A stretch of 64,000 nt of DNA from Eledone cirrhosa (Eukaryota). The first letter of the stretch is position 1. Every line of letters begins with the position of its first letter. Shown here piece after piece: positions 40,856 through 55,305 of the stretch. The notes under the pieces were generated by a model. That model did no database searches, was not told the DNA's origin, and saw only the letters and a list, made by a program, of their open reading frames with translations. The translations under genes and the position numbers were made by a program. The stretch is taken from the NCBI GenBank assembly GCA_964016885.1, contig OZ024740.1:355756001-355820000 (forward strand), written 5' to 3'.

Positions 40856-40900
40856 TGCCAAACACTAGTGTTCCAGGGCTATTGTCCATCTTCAGTGATG
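40856..40900 (-). ncRNA. Decayed hammerhead-like motif
   Basis: Minus strand reads catca-CTGAAGA-tggac aata gccct-GGAA (GAAA mutated)-CACTAGTG-TT-tggca, with a palindromic stem III. Confidence 0.3.
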
Positions 40901-40967
40901 TTTACTCACTTGGTAATGAGGCAAAATAAGATATATAATATATTCTAAAACTATACCCATTTATACA

Positions 40968-42330
40968 ATGGGTAAGTCGTCAAAGTATGATAAAATGTTT
41001 TATAAGTCCTAGCTAACTGATCCACAATTTTGAGAAGTCAAATACGATAGCAGTAAAGCTTTATGTAAATTGTGCCATGTTGAAATATGATCTCAGACAA
41101 CCGATTTAACAACTCTTGCTTCATCAGTTAAACATAGAATAAATAGTGCTGCAATAAACTCAAATTCATTAAAAAAAACTATCAAAGCAGTTTTTTTCTT
41201 TCTTTTTTTTTTTTTAAGCAAATTTAGTCCTACTTGAATTTAGCTGAATCAACTTAAACAGAGAGAGCGAGAGAGAGAGAGAGCGAGAGCGAGAGCGAGA
41301 GAGAGTGCGTGCGTGCGTGCGTGCGTGCTAGATATTATAATAGACAACAAAATTTTATCTCGGTTTTTAAAGAATTAATTTCTGTAACAAAAACTTCTGC
41401 TGAAGTGTTGCATCAAGTTATGAAAACTTCTTGAATGATTTAATTATATCCAATGTTCTAATAACTGCCAATTCTCCACCTTTAGCAAGTGAGATGTATT
41501 GAAATTCTATTAATTCTAGTTGTGATAAGTATTATCAAATAGAATTACATGCGTTCTCAGAATCAACTAATGGACTTTGTTTAACATTTCTGAGATTTGT
41601 GATGAGTGAATTTTAAAAAAATAAATTTACCATTTCAAAATTAAATAACACATCACTAATATAAAATATGCAGTTTGGCATTGTCTATGCTTGTAAGAAT
41701 TTGGCCATTTTCAACATAGGAATTGAGAAATAAATTTAGACATTTAATCACAATTTTTCCGATGGAAAAAAATGGATTTAGGATGTGTGTTCTTAAACCA
41801 ATGAACCAATAAATTTTCTCATGAACCAAGGAAACTCAGTACAAAAACAGTGTTTCAGCTTTCTGAAACACACTTGTAAAGAACTATTTAACCTTGTATC
41901 TAAAAATAATGAAATCTTTCAAAAGATTAAAATGTTCCCCAAAGAGTTTAGGTCAGTCATATTCGATAATCTTTTGCAGTTCTCCTTTAAGCTTTGGCTG
42001 ATCAATATAAAATTGTAGAAATATAGAAGCAGTGGTGTAAAATGTTAAAGTTCAATTAGAAAAACATATTTCCTGAAGTATATTTCAGAAATTTCTATTG
42101 ACAAGTCAGAACTTTGGTGTAAAGCAGCAACATATAAAAGGGCAGCTGTTAAACCTGGATTGCCAAATTTGCCAAAATATGTATTGACTGTTTAGAGCAT
42201 ACCACAAAGCAGAGTATTGTTAGGTGTAACTTACACCAAAACTAAATTAAGAAATACAATGGGGCAGAATCTACTTTCGTCAATTTTATGCCTAGAAATA
42301 AAACATGAAGATCAAAAAATTTGTTTCTAT
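40968..42330 (+). pseudogene. Highly decayed hAT-like transposase relic
   Basis: N-terminal KALCKLCHVEI..LASSVKH zinc-finger-like segment. C-terminal W..NLPKYVLTV..SIPQS..TKTKLRNTMGQNLLSSIL resembles the hAT dimerisation domain. Confidence 0.6.
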
Positions 42331-42434
42331 GATTTCATTCTGAACAGAGCCATACTGAAGTGCGACCCACACATTTACAAAAAAAAAAATAAATTTAAAA
42401 AAATAATTTTACATTCTGAATTTAAATACTGACT

Positions 42435-43066
42435 CAGTCAACTTTGCCTTTTATCTTTCAAGGGTCAATAAATGAAGTACAAGTACTTGGGTTAATTTAA
42501 TTGACTTTACCTTTCTATAACTGCTATCCTTATGCTTAAATTAGAAACCATTATTATTTAGCAGTGAATTGGCAGTATCGGTAGAGGGTCGGACATGCTT
42601 TCCAGCATAGTTACGTCCCTTTACGATCTGAGTTCAAATCCGGCCGAGGTTAACTTTGCCTTTCATCCTTACGGGGTCGATAAAATAAAGTACCAGTAAT
42701 GTACTGGGGTATTGCTGGCCTTGTGCCTAAAATAGAAACAATTATTATTTGGCAGTATCGGTAGCAAAGAGTTACGGCCCTTTATGGTCCGAGTTCAAAT
42801 CCCACCGAGGTTAACTTTGCCTTTCATCCTTACGGGGGTCGATAAAATAAAGTACCAGTAATGTACTGGGGTATTGCTGGCCTTGTGCCTAAAATAGAAA
42901 CAATTATTATTTGGCAGTATCGGTAGCAAAGAGTTACGGCCCTTTATGGTCCGAGTTCAAATCCCACCGAGGTTAACTTTGCCTTTCATCCTTACGGGGT
43001 CGATAAAATAAAGTACCAGTAATACACTGGGATAATTGCTGGCCAAAAGTAGAAACAATTATTATT
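42435..43066 (+). mobile_element. SINE cluster of 4 units; the last two are a local tandem duplication
   Basis: ~42749-42910 and ~42911-43066 share the same internal deletion GGTAG|CAAAGAG. Confidence 0.88.
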
Positions 43067-46000
43067 AAATTTAGCATACTAGATTTATTTCATACTACTT
43101 ACACAGTAGGTGTGTGACCAAGTGGTTATGGTGTTGAGTTAATGATTGTAAGGTTATAGGTTCAATCTTTGGACCAAGTAGTATACTATGTCCTTGAGCA
43201 AAATATTTCATTTCATGTTGCTCCACTTAGCAGCAGCAGCTGAGAGGTTGATCTTGAGATGGACTAGTGCTCCATCCAGAGTGAAGTGTTCACCTATAAA
43301 ACTGGAATAAGTTCCAGCCTGACAAACCTCTAGGTTTGGCAAAGACTAAGTAACTATCCACTATAGGGAGAGTGTTATATAATATCAATTTCGAATAGAT
43401 TATAGATGATACACAATATACTATATATGCTTAGAATATATACTACTATAACAGGTGATACATATAATATCACTTTACCCCACAATAGTCTACCAAAGAT
43501 TTATACAATAGCTATAGACACCTTAAGAAATGAGTATAGTGTTGACTACAACTTCTACTACAAAATATTAACATACCAAACAGAAAATAGCAATATATTG
43601 GAGGTGATTATCATTAACATACTGCATTTCTTGCATAAAAATATCAAATGATATCATTACATATAATCAATATCAATTTATCAAACTCCTGCAAGCAGCC
43701 TATGGATGCTAGTTTACAGCTACTAATGGCATAAATTGTATTACTGATGACATAAGATATCAGAATGTCATATTGACAATTGAAATTATTTCAAGCTAAC
43801 ACTATCTACCATTGCAAAACATCAGTATATCTCAACTAATGGTTATACATCAAAATATTAGCACAACTGATAGATCCTCCGTCACTTTCAATGATGAACA
43901 TTCAGTTGTTTGATCAACTATTTACCTTATTTGTTGAATTACTGTGTAAGTGACTGAGTATTCCACATACACTTGACATAATACTTAGGCAGACAATGTC
44001 TCAGACTGGACCTTTGAATTAGTATGAGACTGTGTGACAAGACAGGACATCAGACTTAGTGTGACACAATGTGTACCAAGACTGGACTTTTAATTAGTGT
44101 GACAGTATGTGATAAGATTGAACCATTGAATCAGTGTGACTGTGACAAGACTGGACTTTTAATTAGTGTGACAGTATGTGATAAGAGTGAACCTTTGAAT
44201 TATTGTGACACGATGTGTGACTGGACTGGACCTTTGAATTACTGTGATACAATATCACAAGACTTGACCTTTGAATTTCTCATACAATCTATCTGATAGG
44301 TTTCAACAGTTTCAGTCTACCAAACTTCACTGATATGCTTCAATTAACCAAAAGCTATGACAAAAGACACTTGCCCAACATATAAAGTAAATTTCTAAAC
44401 CACTCAGTCATACAGGTATCACTATAAGTATTGTCAATAGTTATACAAAATATTACCAATGGTCATAATTCAATATATTGATATTACAAACTATCAGACT
44501 ATTATGATATGGGTGATTGCGTTATGATAATCAGTGGTAGTGCTGATGCTACAATAAAATGTGCTCAGTACACTTTTAAAGTGGTAGCGTTGGTGTCATG
44601 ATAAAATACACCCACTACACGATGTAAAGAGACAGTGCTGGTGCTACAATAAAATGAACCCTGTAAAGTAATAGTGTTGGTGCCACAATAAAATGCATCC
44701 AGTACACTCCATAAAGTGGTTGACAATAAGAAGAGTTTCCAGCAGTAGAAATCTGCAAAAACAGAACATAAAAGCATGATGTTGTTCTCAGATCCAACTA
44801 GTCTCAGAATGTGACAACCCAAACAGCATGAAAAATAGATTTTAAATGATATACATATTACAGAAGTAGATGCCAGAATACCTAAGAACGTATCTAGATA
44901 TCATATATTATGTAATGGAGTTGTAGTTGCTGCAGATAATAATAGGTTTGGCTTTATTATATAGAAACTACATAATATAACATGCAGCTTGATAACATCT
45001 GTCTTCCCCCATTTGGTAGCTGTTGCAGTCCAGTTACGTATACCGAGTGTGGGAAGATAGGTGTTCCGTGTTTGATTTGCTGAATTTTAAAGATGAGTAT
45101 GGTTTGGTTTGGCAGGAATCACGAGTACAGGTTGGCGTTTAATTTAGGGTGTTTGGTGAGTGTTTGTGGACTGATTAGAGCAATAACAGCCTTAATTACG
45201 CATATATATATATATATATATATATACACACCACAATAAAATGCATTTGGTAGTGAGTGGAAACATTTTGCAAGCAAGATGCAGGTCCCTGGCCCAGCTG
45301 ATAAGTCAATAGCTCTGCTTCAGTACTGACTTGATCAGTGGTGGCCCGTTTTATCCTTACAAGCAGTGGTAACAGCTGTTAAATGAGGATGATGATGATG
45401 ATATATGTTTGTGTGTGCGTGTGTTAAAGTTTACATAAATAGATTAATTACAATTTAATGCTGGCATATTATATGATGCAAATACACCCCAACATGTATA
45501 ACACAAAATATAACACAAAATACTGACAGTTTATCTTCTTGGAAAAGAGAAAGCAACAACAACAATTTTGTATAATAATTGGTTATAATTAGCTTGTAGA
45601 AGTGAATTTAAATAATCCAATAAATATAGCTTGGAGGATCAGCTGAACTTGCTTAACATTAACATGAAGATGGAAACTTTGAGAAATGATTTTATGGCAC
45701 ATTAAGTTATAGGGTCTATCCATACAAACATACTCAATGCTACAGGGTTAGATATGTAATGCACCATAAAAATGCACTAATAAATTCATCATCATCATTT
45801 AAATTCCATTTTCCCTGCAAGCAAGGGTTGGACAGGCCATCACATACAAACAGAACTACTGGCTTCTCAGATCTCCATCACATACACATTTACACTCCAC
45901 TGAGAGCTCAAATTGTTCAGGGGCCTGCATCTCACATACATTCCCACACTCTACTGAAACCTTGTTTTCATGTCACCAGAGCTAGGGAAGTTTTCATGTG

Positions 46001-49000
46001 TTTGACATGGCTGAAGAGTCCTCCCAACCCTTTATGTAAAAAGTATTTCTATCTTTACTCTAGAACAAATGTGACCATATAACGACTTAGAGAGAACATA
46101 TGAGTCTAACAATGGAAAGGCTATGATTTCATCGTTGTTGAGTCTGAGCTCATCAGCTAAATTGTGGCTAGAATTAGACATTTTATCCCAATCAGATTGT
46201 TTTTATATATTAGGTCAAGTATGAAATTTGTAGAAATTTGCTTTTTCCTACAAATTTCATACTTGATGACCCAATATATTAGCTAACATTCAGGATAAAT
46301 CATTTGTGGTGGTGTAGATTGAGCAATAAGTATTGAACAATAATTCTGTAATACATCACAGAATATGAACTAAACCAAGCAGCTGTCCAGTTTTCATTCA
46401 GTTCTATCATGGAGTATTTTTATCTATCCTATCAACTAATATATAGTATGAAAGCATTTTCAAGCTATACGTGACCACTCATCCTGCTAGAAATAGCACA
46501 AAAATTTTGTTTTAAATAGCAGACAAATTCCATCTTAAAACAGGAAATAACACATTGGACAATGTAGTCCTTGATACAATGGTCAAGCCTGGAATACCTT
46601 TAATCATAGATCTGCATATCAAGAATGAATCACTATACAGCCTTTTTCTGTTTATATATCTTTTATGAAATGATCAAACTATAAAAGGCACTCAGAACAC
46701 TCTGTAAAATGCTTAGAAGTTAGAAGCTGAATAACATCAGTAACAGCATAAGGTTAAGGACTTTTCAGTCACATCAAGGACATGACAATCTCTTTAGTGC
46801 TGGTGTCTCACAATAAAATGCACCCATTACAATCTGTAAAGTGGTTGATGTTAGGAAGAGCATCCAACCATAGAAATCATTCCAAAAAGGGTAGAAAGGA
46901 TTCTTCAATTATGTTAAAGGCATAACAACCTCCTAGTGCTGGCTCCACTCGAGTGGTTTGCATTAAGGGCATTCAGCAGTAGAAACCAGGCCAACAATGT
47001 GATATATTGACCAATCTCTGACAAAGTACTGATTTGGTCTGTAACAACTCGTCCAACCCATGCCAAAATAGAATAACAAATGTATGATAATAGTTGTCTA
47101 TACTACAAAGATTGTTTTGTTGAATTAATAAAAAGAAACCTGAATAATAATCAAGTTATATGTAACCTAGGAACACTAGTAAATAATGAAATATTACAAA
47201 ATAATTTCACATCATTATTGAATAGCATATATATTTACATAGATATTTCAAATTCACTGGCAATAACAGCACCAAACAATGGTGATAAAGATGACAATGA
47301 TGATGATGACCATGCTCGTGGCACTGGTGAAATTGATAAACACAACAGTTAATGTGGTTGTGGTAAAAAGAACAATGGTGGTGATGGCAGTGGCAGCAGT
47401 TGTGATAAGGGTAGTGATGATGATGGTGGTGATGGTTGTGGAGGTGGTGGTGGTGGCAACATTAATAGTGGTGATTAATAATACTATTGAGGGTGATGAT
47501 CAGATGAGGATGATAATTAAGAGGAAGGAGAGAAATAGCAGCATTACCCTGTAGCATTATATTGTTCTATTAAAGAACATTACACTTCAATGGATATATA
47601 TTAAGGATCAAGTGATAATCAATGTGATAATGACAATACAATTGATGATGGGGATGACAATGATGATAATAGTGATGATGATAATAGTGATGATGATAAT
47701 GAAGAGGATGGTGAGAGTAATATCTTCATGGCAGTGTTATTGTCTTGAGGAGGAATAATTTAAATTAAATAAATAAAAGGATATTTTATGGCTCTGAAGG
47801 TACTCCATAAGTAATGATGACCCCATTCATATTTCTAACAGCTCAAAAACATTGCTGTAATAAACACAAACAATTCCCCAATACCACTAACAACATCAAC
47901 AACACTAAAAACACAATCCCCCTAGATAGCTATATCACCTCTAGCCCTACATCAACCATCCAGAAATCTGACCCCAAACAAATTAAAATATGACAGATCA
48001 AATCTATAGGCCAGCAAGTGAGCCTCAATGTGATCCCTTAATCTGTTAGAAAAAACAACCAAATTCCCCTACAATCTTAGAAAAGGATGCAATTTTGATA
48101 ATAAACCTGATAAGATGACATGGTCATGGTTGGGACATTTTGATCATATGTCTACTCAATCTGAGTTGACTTGAGTTAAATGACAACAATGAAATATCAA
48201 AGGAGCCTTAATGCTAAAACTAGCAATAAAATCTCCTTCAAATTACACCTCACCATCTTAAAAAAAAAGAAGGACATATTGGATAATGTAGTCTTAGATT
48301 TCTAAGGTTAAAAAAATTGGAAGCATGGCTAAAATTGGAATGACCTTTGATCACGCTAAGTCATGGCTAACCTGGGTCCTGACCCTTTTGATACCAACCA
48401 CCTCAGCTCTATAATCACATGCCTCTTTTTTTAAACTATTCTTATTTAGATAAAAACAATAATATTATGGAAGAATATCTTTGTTAAGCTATGTACTAAA
48501 TGCTATCTTGATAATATGGTTAGTCATTTACTAAATCCCTTCAAATTTTTTTGAAAACCCAGGTCATGTATTTCATAAGAAACGTGGTTTGAAAAGGGTT
48601 AACAACAATCTCTCTTCTTATTAGAAATATCAAAGACCATCAGAACCAACCAAATACCACACTCAATAAGATCAAAACACATAAACAAGACAAAAATGTA
48701 TTAAGAATTTACCTATATACAACCCTTTTACAACTTCTGCATAACTTAGTAAATGCAATGAAGAATCAAAATGACACAAATACACTCAGAACACACATGC
48801 TCATTATGTTGACCATCACAAAGAAACAACTCTCATTTGCAAGCAATATATTAGATCTAGAATTGACTATTTTATTTTTAATTAACTTTAAACATCCAGG
48901 AATGATTTAGCAGAAAACTACTAAGTGTTTTTTTTGTTAATTTAAACTGGCCATATCTGGCCAGAATTCTCTCCCCACTCTCTGTTCAAACCAGTTGTAA

Positions 49001-50059
49001 CTAACCACTCATACTGATGTTAAGGTATTGTTCTCAAAATAAATAATATCAAAGTCTCATAGATTCAATATTATGTGAGGTAAAGCCTTTACCATGAAAA
49101 TATAATAGTAAATATACTAATACTATTATATTTAATATTACTATTAAATATAATAGTAAATGTTTATGTATCTTTACTAGGACATATTTTTGTGAAAATT
49201 TACAGTATTAGAGTAAACATTTTTTTTTTTTTTCAATGATACACAATCATATTTTTCAAGAATATCTTATAAACAGTTTCATATTTGTTAATTCAAATGT
49301 TTATAGTGGACAGACCATTGTGAAAAATTGCAGTATTAGAGATAAGATTTTCATGTGTAATGTGACATGGTCATAGTGCCGTCTTATATTTTTCAAGCAT
49401 GTTTTGCTAATGTTGCTTCATGTTGTACAGGACATTAAGAGTTAATGGTTTAGTTAGAGGTGGAAGAGGGGCACCATTAACTCTTTTCATGGGCTCATGA
49501 CTAATAGGAGGAAGTTAGCTACTAACTGGAAACTTGGTCCAAATGATTGCTAGAGAGCAGACTCTGCTAATCCAAAGGCCTTTTGGTGATGTTACGCATG
49601 AGCTCTAATCTCTCAAACAATCACAACAAACTACAAAGAAAAGAAAATAGCAGAGTTCACATCATCACAGGCTGTACACAGACCAGCAGAGTAAAACAAA
49701 GAATCAGAAGAAATCACTTGGGTATGTACAAAGCATTTTGAGTAGCCTCAACTAGATAAAGGCCTTGACAGTCTGGAATGCTGGATCTGTGGACAGCATC
49801 TACTCATTTGACTATCCACCTTTATAACAATATCTGCTGGAGCTATACAATAACACCTCTACAAGCAAACAAGGTTTGTTTCAAGGAAATTTTAGAATTG
49901 CATAAATCTTTGAGGTAGGTATTATGACCCAATCTTTGATATTCTCTGAGACTGAGAAGCATTTGTAACGGCTAATTACTGTCTTGTGTGAAGCTAGAAG
50001 TGTGAAGGACATTTGGTTAACTTATGACGCATTTGGAATTTGGAAATATATAAAGGGAT

Positions 50060-50495
50060 AGAGGAAAAATATATATAAAGGTTGGCTATATGATGTCTGT
50101 GTGCTATGTGCAATGCTGCATGGTAGCGAGGCATGGACAGTAACTACAGAGGATATGTGAGCATGCTTTAATGGATGTGCAATCTTAAGTATGAACAACA
50201 AAGCATTAATGAACTGACAGATAAATTGGATATTAGAAGAATCAGATGTGTACAGGAGTGAAGACTGCAGTGGTATAGGCATGTGATGTAAATGGATGTT
50301 GATCACTGGGTGAAGGAATGCCAAGAATCGCATTGAAAAGAAGCCACAGTACAGAAAGACCAAGGAAGACTTGGGTGGAAGTGGAGAGAGCTGATCTCAA
50401 ATCACTGAAGATTATAGAAAAGATGACAAAAAATTACAATGATTGGAGGAATGTGCTGAAAAAGCAAGGAAAAGCAAACAAATGATGATGATGAT
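50060..50495 (+). mobile_element. Old decayed RTE 3' fragment
   Basis: LYDVCVLCAMLHGSEAW, a RKTKEDLGG-like GRPRKTW relic, and a (GAT)n tail. Confidence 0.7.
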
Positions 50496-51204
50496 TATGG
50501 TGTGCGTGCGTGTGCGTGTGTGTGTGGCCCAGTAAGGTCATGGATTCAGTTCTCTGACCAGGTGATACATGTCTTTGAGCAAGGCACTTCATATCACATT
50601 GTTCCACTCAACTGAAAATAAGGACCAGCTGTAGCTGAAGGTTAGCTCTGTGAAAGACTGGTATTCTGTTCAGAGTGGAGCCTAGTACTCTCAGTTGCTT
50701 AATGACCAGAAAACTGTGATAAGCTCTAGGCTTCATCCAGTGTGTACAAGTATGGAAAAATGGATGTAAAACATTAACAACTGTATTGTAATTATGAAAA
50801 AACAGAAGGGTAGAAACAAATACACAGAGAAAGAATTCATTACAAGGATTTATTGAAAGAATTTATTGCAAAGGAAGTTATTCATTTATATTTCTAATCC
50901 CTTATTCCTCTAACATTAATTTTAAAAAAATTTTTTTTAGCAGCATGGGGGCATTAAAATAAATTATGATATTAGTCATAAAAAGGAGAGAAAAGCATTT
51001 TTTGAATGATTAAAAGAAAAAAAAAGTAACAGATTAATTTCAATACAAGAGTCATAATTCAGGAAGAAAATGCATGTTTAGTTTAGGAGTCAGTTTGTTG
51101 GCTTCAAATACCAGCTGATATTTTTTTTTTAATGGGAAGATAAGACCTATACAGGCTTCAAAATCCCATCCAAGCAATATAAGAAAAGTAACTATTATAT
51201 CTAA

Positions 51205-51434
51205 AGTCTGTCTCAAGCCAGAAGGTTCGTTAGGCCAGTGCTTAACCCAGTTTCGTGGCGCGAAAGCGACAGAGTACATGACACCCCTTGGACAGGACGC
51301 CAGTCTATCGTAGGGTTAAACACCCAGCTACTGCTGGTAATCATTTTCAGCTGAATTTACTGAAGAACACAACACGGAGGAATTGAACACATGACATTAT
51401 AATCGTAGGTCCAACACCCTTACCACTAGGCCAC
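51205..51434 (-). mobile_element. tRNA-derived SINE, second family
   Basis: Minus strand reads GTGGCCTAGTGGTAAGG (A-box), GTTCAATTCC (B-box), then GATAGACTGGCGTCCTGTCCAAGGGG. Related decayed copies at ~43110-43340 and ~50525-50730. Confidence 0.7.
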
Positions 51435-51754
<320 letters not shown>

Positions 51755-52303
51755 AGGGTAGAGAAAACTCATCCATCTTACCAAGCACAGCTTCTCTAGT
51801 TCTGGTTCTACAATAAAATGCTCTCAGTACTCTCTGCAATGTAATAGTATGCAGTAATGCTAGTACCAAAGTAAAATGTACACAGAACACCTTGTAAAGT
51901 AGTAGGCATTAGGAAGGGCATCCAACCATAGAAACCAAGCCAAAATATGGAACATATGAGCTTGAGTATTCTCCAACTGTTTAGTCCCCGACTATGACAA
52001 CTCGCCCAACCCATGCAGTTATGAAAAGCAAACGTGATGGTGATGTATAAAATACATTTATATTCACATAAGCTACAAACTTATAGAGACACACAATGTA
52101 TACACAAAAACAGTCATGCATTAGGCAGAAAGTTCAGCTTTGATTAAAGCTTTCCATTCCTAGTAATAGAGAAATAATCATCATAAAGGAGATTGTATAC
52201 ATGTGTATGTATCTTTGTAAGTATCAGTATATATCTATGACTGTTTGTGTGTGTTTATATATATAAATACACACACATCGTCATTATTTAATATCCATTT
52301 TAA

Positions 52304-52486
<183 letters not shown>

Positions 52487-52726
52487 CACACATACACATA
52501 CATATATACATACATATACACGTGACATTTTCAATGTAGTCAAGCCGTAATAGCAAACTTGCGTATCTCGGTCTTTGGTCAAACTATAACTATCAAAGGG
52601 CTAGATTTGTTGATTTAATGATCTCCCCATTTCCTATTCTCCTTCTTCACATCAAAAATCTTCCAAGAATTAATGCTAAAGATGAAACATAATGGTTAAG
52701 GATTAACTGACCGAGTGCTTAACATG

Positions 52727-52758
<32 letters not shown>

Positions 52759-52966
52759 TTATAGTTATAAAAATATCAATTGGACATAGATCTTTCTAAA
52801 CATAATTGTCTTTGTTGGGGAGAGGGACTAGAGTATTTCTAACTATGTGCAAACAGTTACCATGTAACATTGCACTTCTCATGAAGGCGTCGTACAATCT
52901 ATTCTCAGAAAGGGAATTCCGTTGTTGACAACTGAGGTAGAAGCTTTGCAAACTTGTTCAGCCTGC

Positions 52967-53007
<41 letters not shown>

Positions 53008-53009
<2 letters not shown>

Positions 53010-53088
53010 CAGGGTGTTCCAAAAAATGTATACACACTTCAACGGCATTCTAATAAGTGTGTATATGTTTTTGGGGGACACCCTGTGC
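53008..53088. mobile_element. ~80-bp Tc1/mariner-type MITE in (TA)n
   Basis: TA-CAGGGTGTTCCAAAAAATGTATACACACTT ... AAGTGTGTATATGTTTTTGGGGGACACCCTG. A homologue lies at 57971-58048. Confidence 0.75.
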
Positions 53089-53125
<37 letters not shown>

Positions 53126-53167
53126 AAAGAAACCAAAGAACGCTTACATACTCAAACAGTCGTTATT

Positions 53168-53214
53168 CACTTACAATGTTTCATCGTCATCTTTTGGCAG
53201 GAATCATCAGAGCC
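53168..53214 (-). ncRNA. Hammerhead-like motif with an intact core and weakened stem II
   Basis: Minus strand reads ggct-CTGATGA-ttc..gat-GAAA-CATTG-TA-agtg. The flanks 53142-53166 and 53216-53240 form an imperfect inverted repeat. Confidence 0.5.
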
Positions 53215-53322
53215 TAATAAATACACTGTTGAGTATAAGCTCCACAAAAACCTAGTCACAATCAGAATATATTTAAAATAACAGAAGGCTGAACTGAAAA
53301 TATCCCCTAAAGTTTACATGTT

Positions 53323-53351
<29 letters not shown>

Positions 53352-53355
<4 letters not shown>

Positions 53356-53423
53356 ATACATATTTCAATGCCCAAGTTACATAATCTGATCATGACTCCA
53401 GACATTAACGACATCATCAGGTT
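53352..53423 (-). ncRNA. Hammerhead-like motif of the GAAATATGTATA family with a long stem II
   Basis: Minus strand reads aac-CTGATGA-tgtcgtta...taacttgggcatt-GAAA-TATGTA-TA-gtt. Confidence 0.5.
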
Positions 53424-53458
53424 CAGATTGCATAATTAGTTAATCAATAGCAAAACTA

Positions 53459-53526
<68 letters not shown>

Positions 53527-53528
<2 letters not shown>

Positions 53529-54196
53529 TTTTTTTTATTTGCCACCAGGGCATCAAAAAGTGGGACAAGTACAATGGGGGGAGTTTACATAACAAGGCGT
53601 CCTCAATAAGGAGGCAATAACAAAATATAAAAATAAAATATAACAAAATAAAATTTTATAACAAAATCCTCAATAGGGAGGAGGCGCCTTGGGGGGTCGC
53701 ACACACCCCCGAAAAAAAGTGTGCAACCCTTCTCCTCAGGAGCACAGAGAGGGGGTGCTCCCTTGATCTTTCATCTTCCTCACCTATAGTCTGATGTAGA
53801 GTGAAGGCCCATTCACACGGGCCATTCTCGCCACTTTCACCCATCTTTCATAAAAACGGCTGGGGTGCAGGACCTCTCTCTCCATCCTGATCCTTCTTCC
53901 GAAATGATATCGGAAGAAACGGACCAGTTGTTGGCCAGAGAGAAAGGTGTCTGACCTCAGTCCTTTCAGACGCGTCCACCATACAACCTCTTTCGCCATG
54001 GCTATTACGCACAGAAACACCGCCTCTCCTTCGTTTTTGAAGAGGGGAGGCGGCTTGATCGTTACAATAGACTCGGTGGTCAACCGGATCGGTCCCACCC
54101 TTGACAGCAGTTGTTCGACATAGCCCCACAGATAGATAGATATGTTTATTAGCCACAGGGGCACAAAAGAAGGGGACAAATACAAAGGGGGAAGTT

Positions 54197-54197
<1 letters not shown>
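53527..54197 (-). mobile_element. L1/Tx1-type LINE 3' end plus a second ~55-bp 3' end, both embedded in (GATA)n
   Basis: LWGYVEQLL..FLCVIAMAKEVVWWTR..FYERW resembles the ORF2 segment after the CCHC knuckle. The 3' UTR ends in AATAAA plus an A-tail. All junctions are (TATC)n. Confidence 0.7.
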
Positions 54198-54231
<34 letters not shown>

Positions 54232-55046
54232 CGTTCCAAATACCAGCTTAATAAAGAAAAACGTACTTATTTTATTGAATACATACATGCATGCATGCAG
54301 GCATATATACATACTTGCATACATACATGCTTAACTGTTAACATCCTGTAATAGTTTAGAAGAAAATATTTTTAAATGGGTTTGTTAATTCAAATGTTAA
54401 CAGTATCTTTAGAATGGGACAGATTGTTAAAAGTAAATCAAGTAAAGACTGATTTTTAACGTGATGTAATCACAGTGCTGGTTTGTACTTTTCACGAATA
54501 ACTTACTAATGTGGTTTCATGTGATACATCATTTTAAGAGTTAAATGACTACCTACTCGATGTCTAATTCCAATGACAAAGCCTTCTTTCTGGGATAGAA
54601 AACAGCTGTTTCTCCATTGGTGAGACATTTGAATAAACCAGAACAAATACACAAACATGCTGAGATGTCAGACTACAAAGAGAGTGAGCTGTCTGTATAG
54701 ATGCACAGTTGCTTTGGGAAGAATTATTCAAAGAAATATAGTGACAAGCACATAATTATTAGTTGATTAACTAATCCCCTCAGCAGCACACACTATGTCT
54801 AGCTATCTGGTAGTGTTCGTTACATATATTATTGATAGTATCAATAGCTGTCAGTCACTCACTAAACAAAGGAGTGGAAACTATTAACGAATTTTACGGC
54901 ATAAAAATTTCATAAACTTTGTGCATATTAAGCACAAATTAACATTATATATATATATATATATAGCTGGTATCAGGAAGATATGGGGTTCAATTTCTCA
55001 TAGCAGCCGAGGGCAACTTCTTTTTCCGTCTTTTAAGGGTCTTCAC

Positions 55047-55084
<38 letters not shown>

Positions 55085-55169
55085 TAAGTTATTCCGGGTT
55101 GAATCGGAGGTAACCACAGTAAGTAAGGTACTCAATACATAGCAGAGTATAAAAGTTTTAATATAGATG

Positions 55170-55220
55170 AGATTCTACAAGACTAGCACTGTTTCATTCT
55201 TTAGAAATCATCAGGAATCT
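55170..55220 (-). ncRNA. Type I hammerhead ribozyme motif (left arm)
   Basis: Minus strand reads AGATTC-CTGATGA-tTTC taaa GAAt-GAAA-CAG tgctagtc TTG-TA-GAATCT. Confidence 0.72.
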
Positions 55221-55225
55221 GGCCA

Positions 55226-55273
55226 GATTCCTGATGATTTCTAAAGAATGAAACAGTTCTAGTCCTGTAGAAT
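55226..55273 (+). ncRNA. Type I hammerhead ribozyme motif (right arm)
   Basis: ATTC-CTGATGA-tTTC taaa GAAt-GAAA-CAG ttctagtc CTG-TA-GAAT. Predicted cut after GUA at 55269. There is a U.U pair at the base of stem II. Confidence 0.72.
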
Positions 55274-55305
55274 GTCATCTATATTAAAACTATATATATA
55301 TATAT

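Larger units (their letters stand above)
55081..55291. mobile_element. Zero-spacer palindrome (55154-55291) of two hammerhead-bearing arms, plus a left tail
   Basis: Symmetric about TGG|CCA at 55222/55223 with about 4 mismatches. TA flanks. Confidence 0.88.

Noticed and set aside
43741-43800. CTGATGA...GAAA spacing
   Set aside because: No convincing stem I or stem II.
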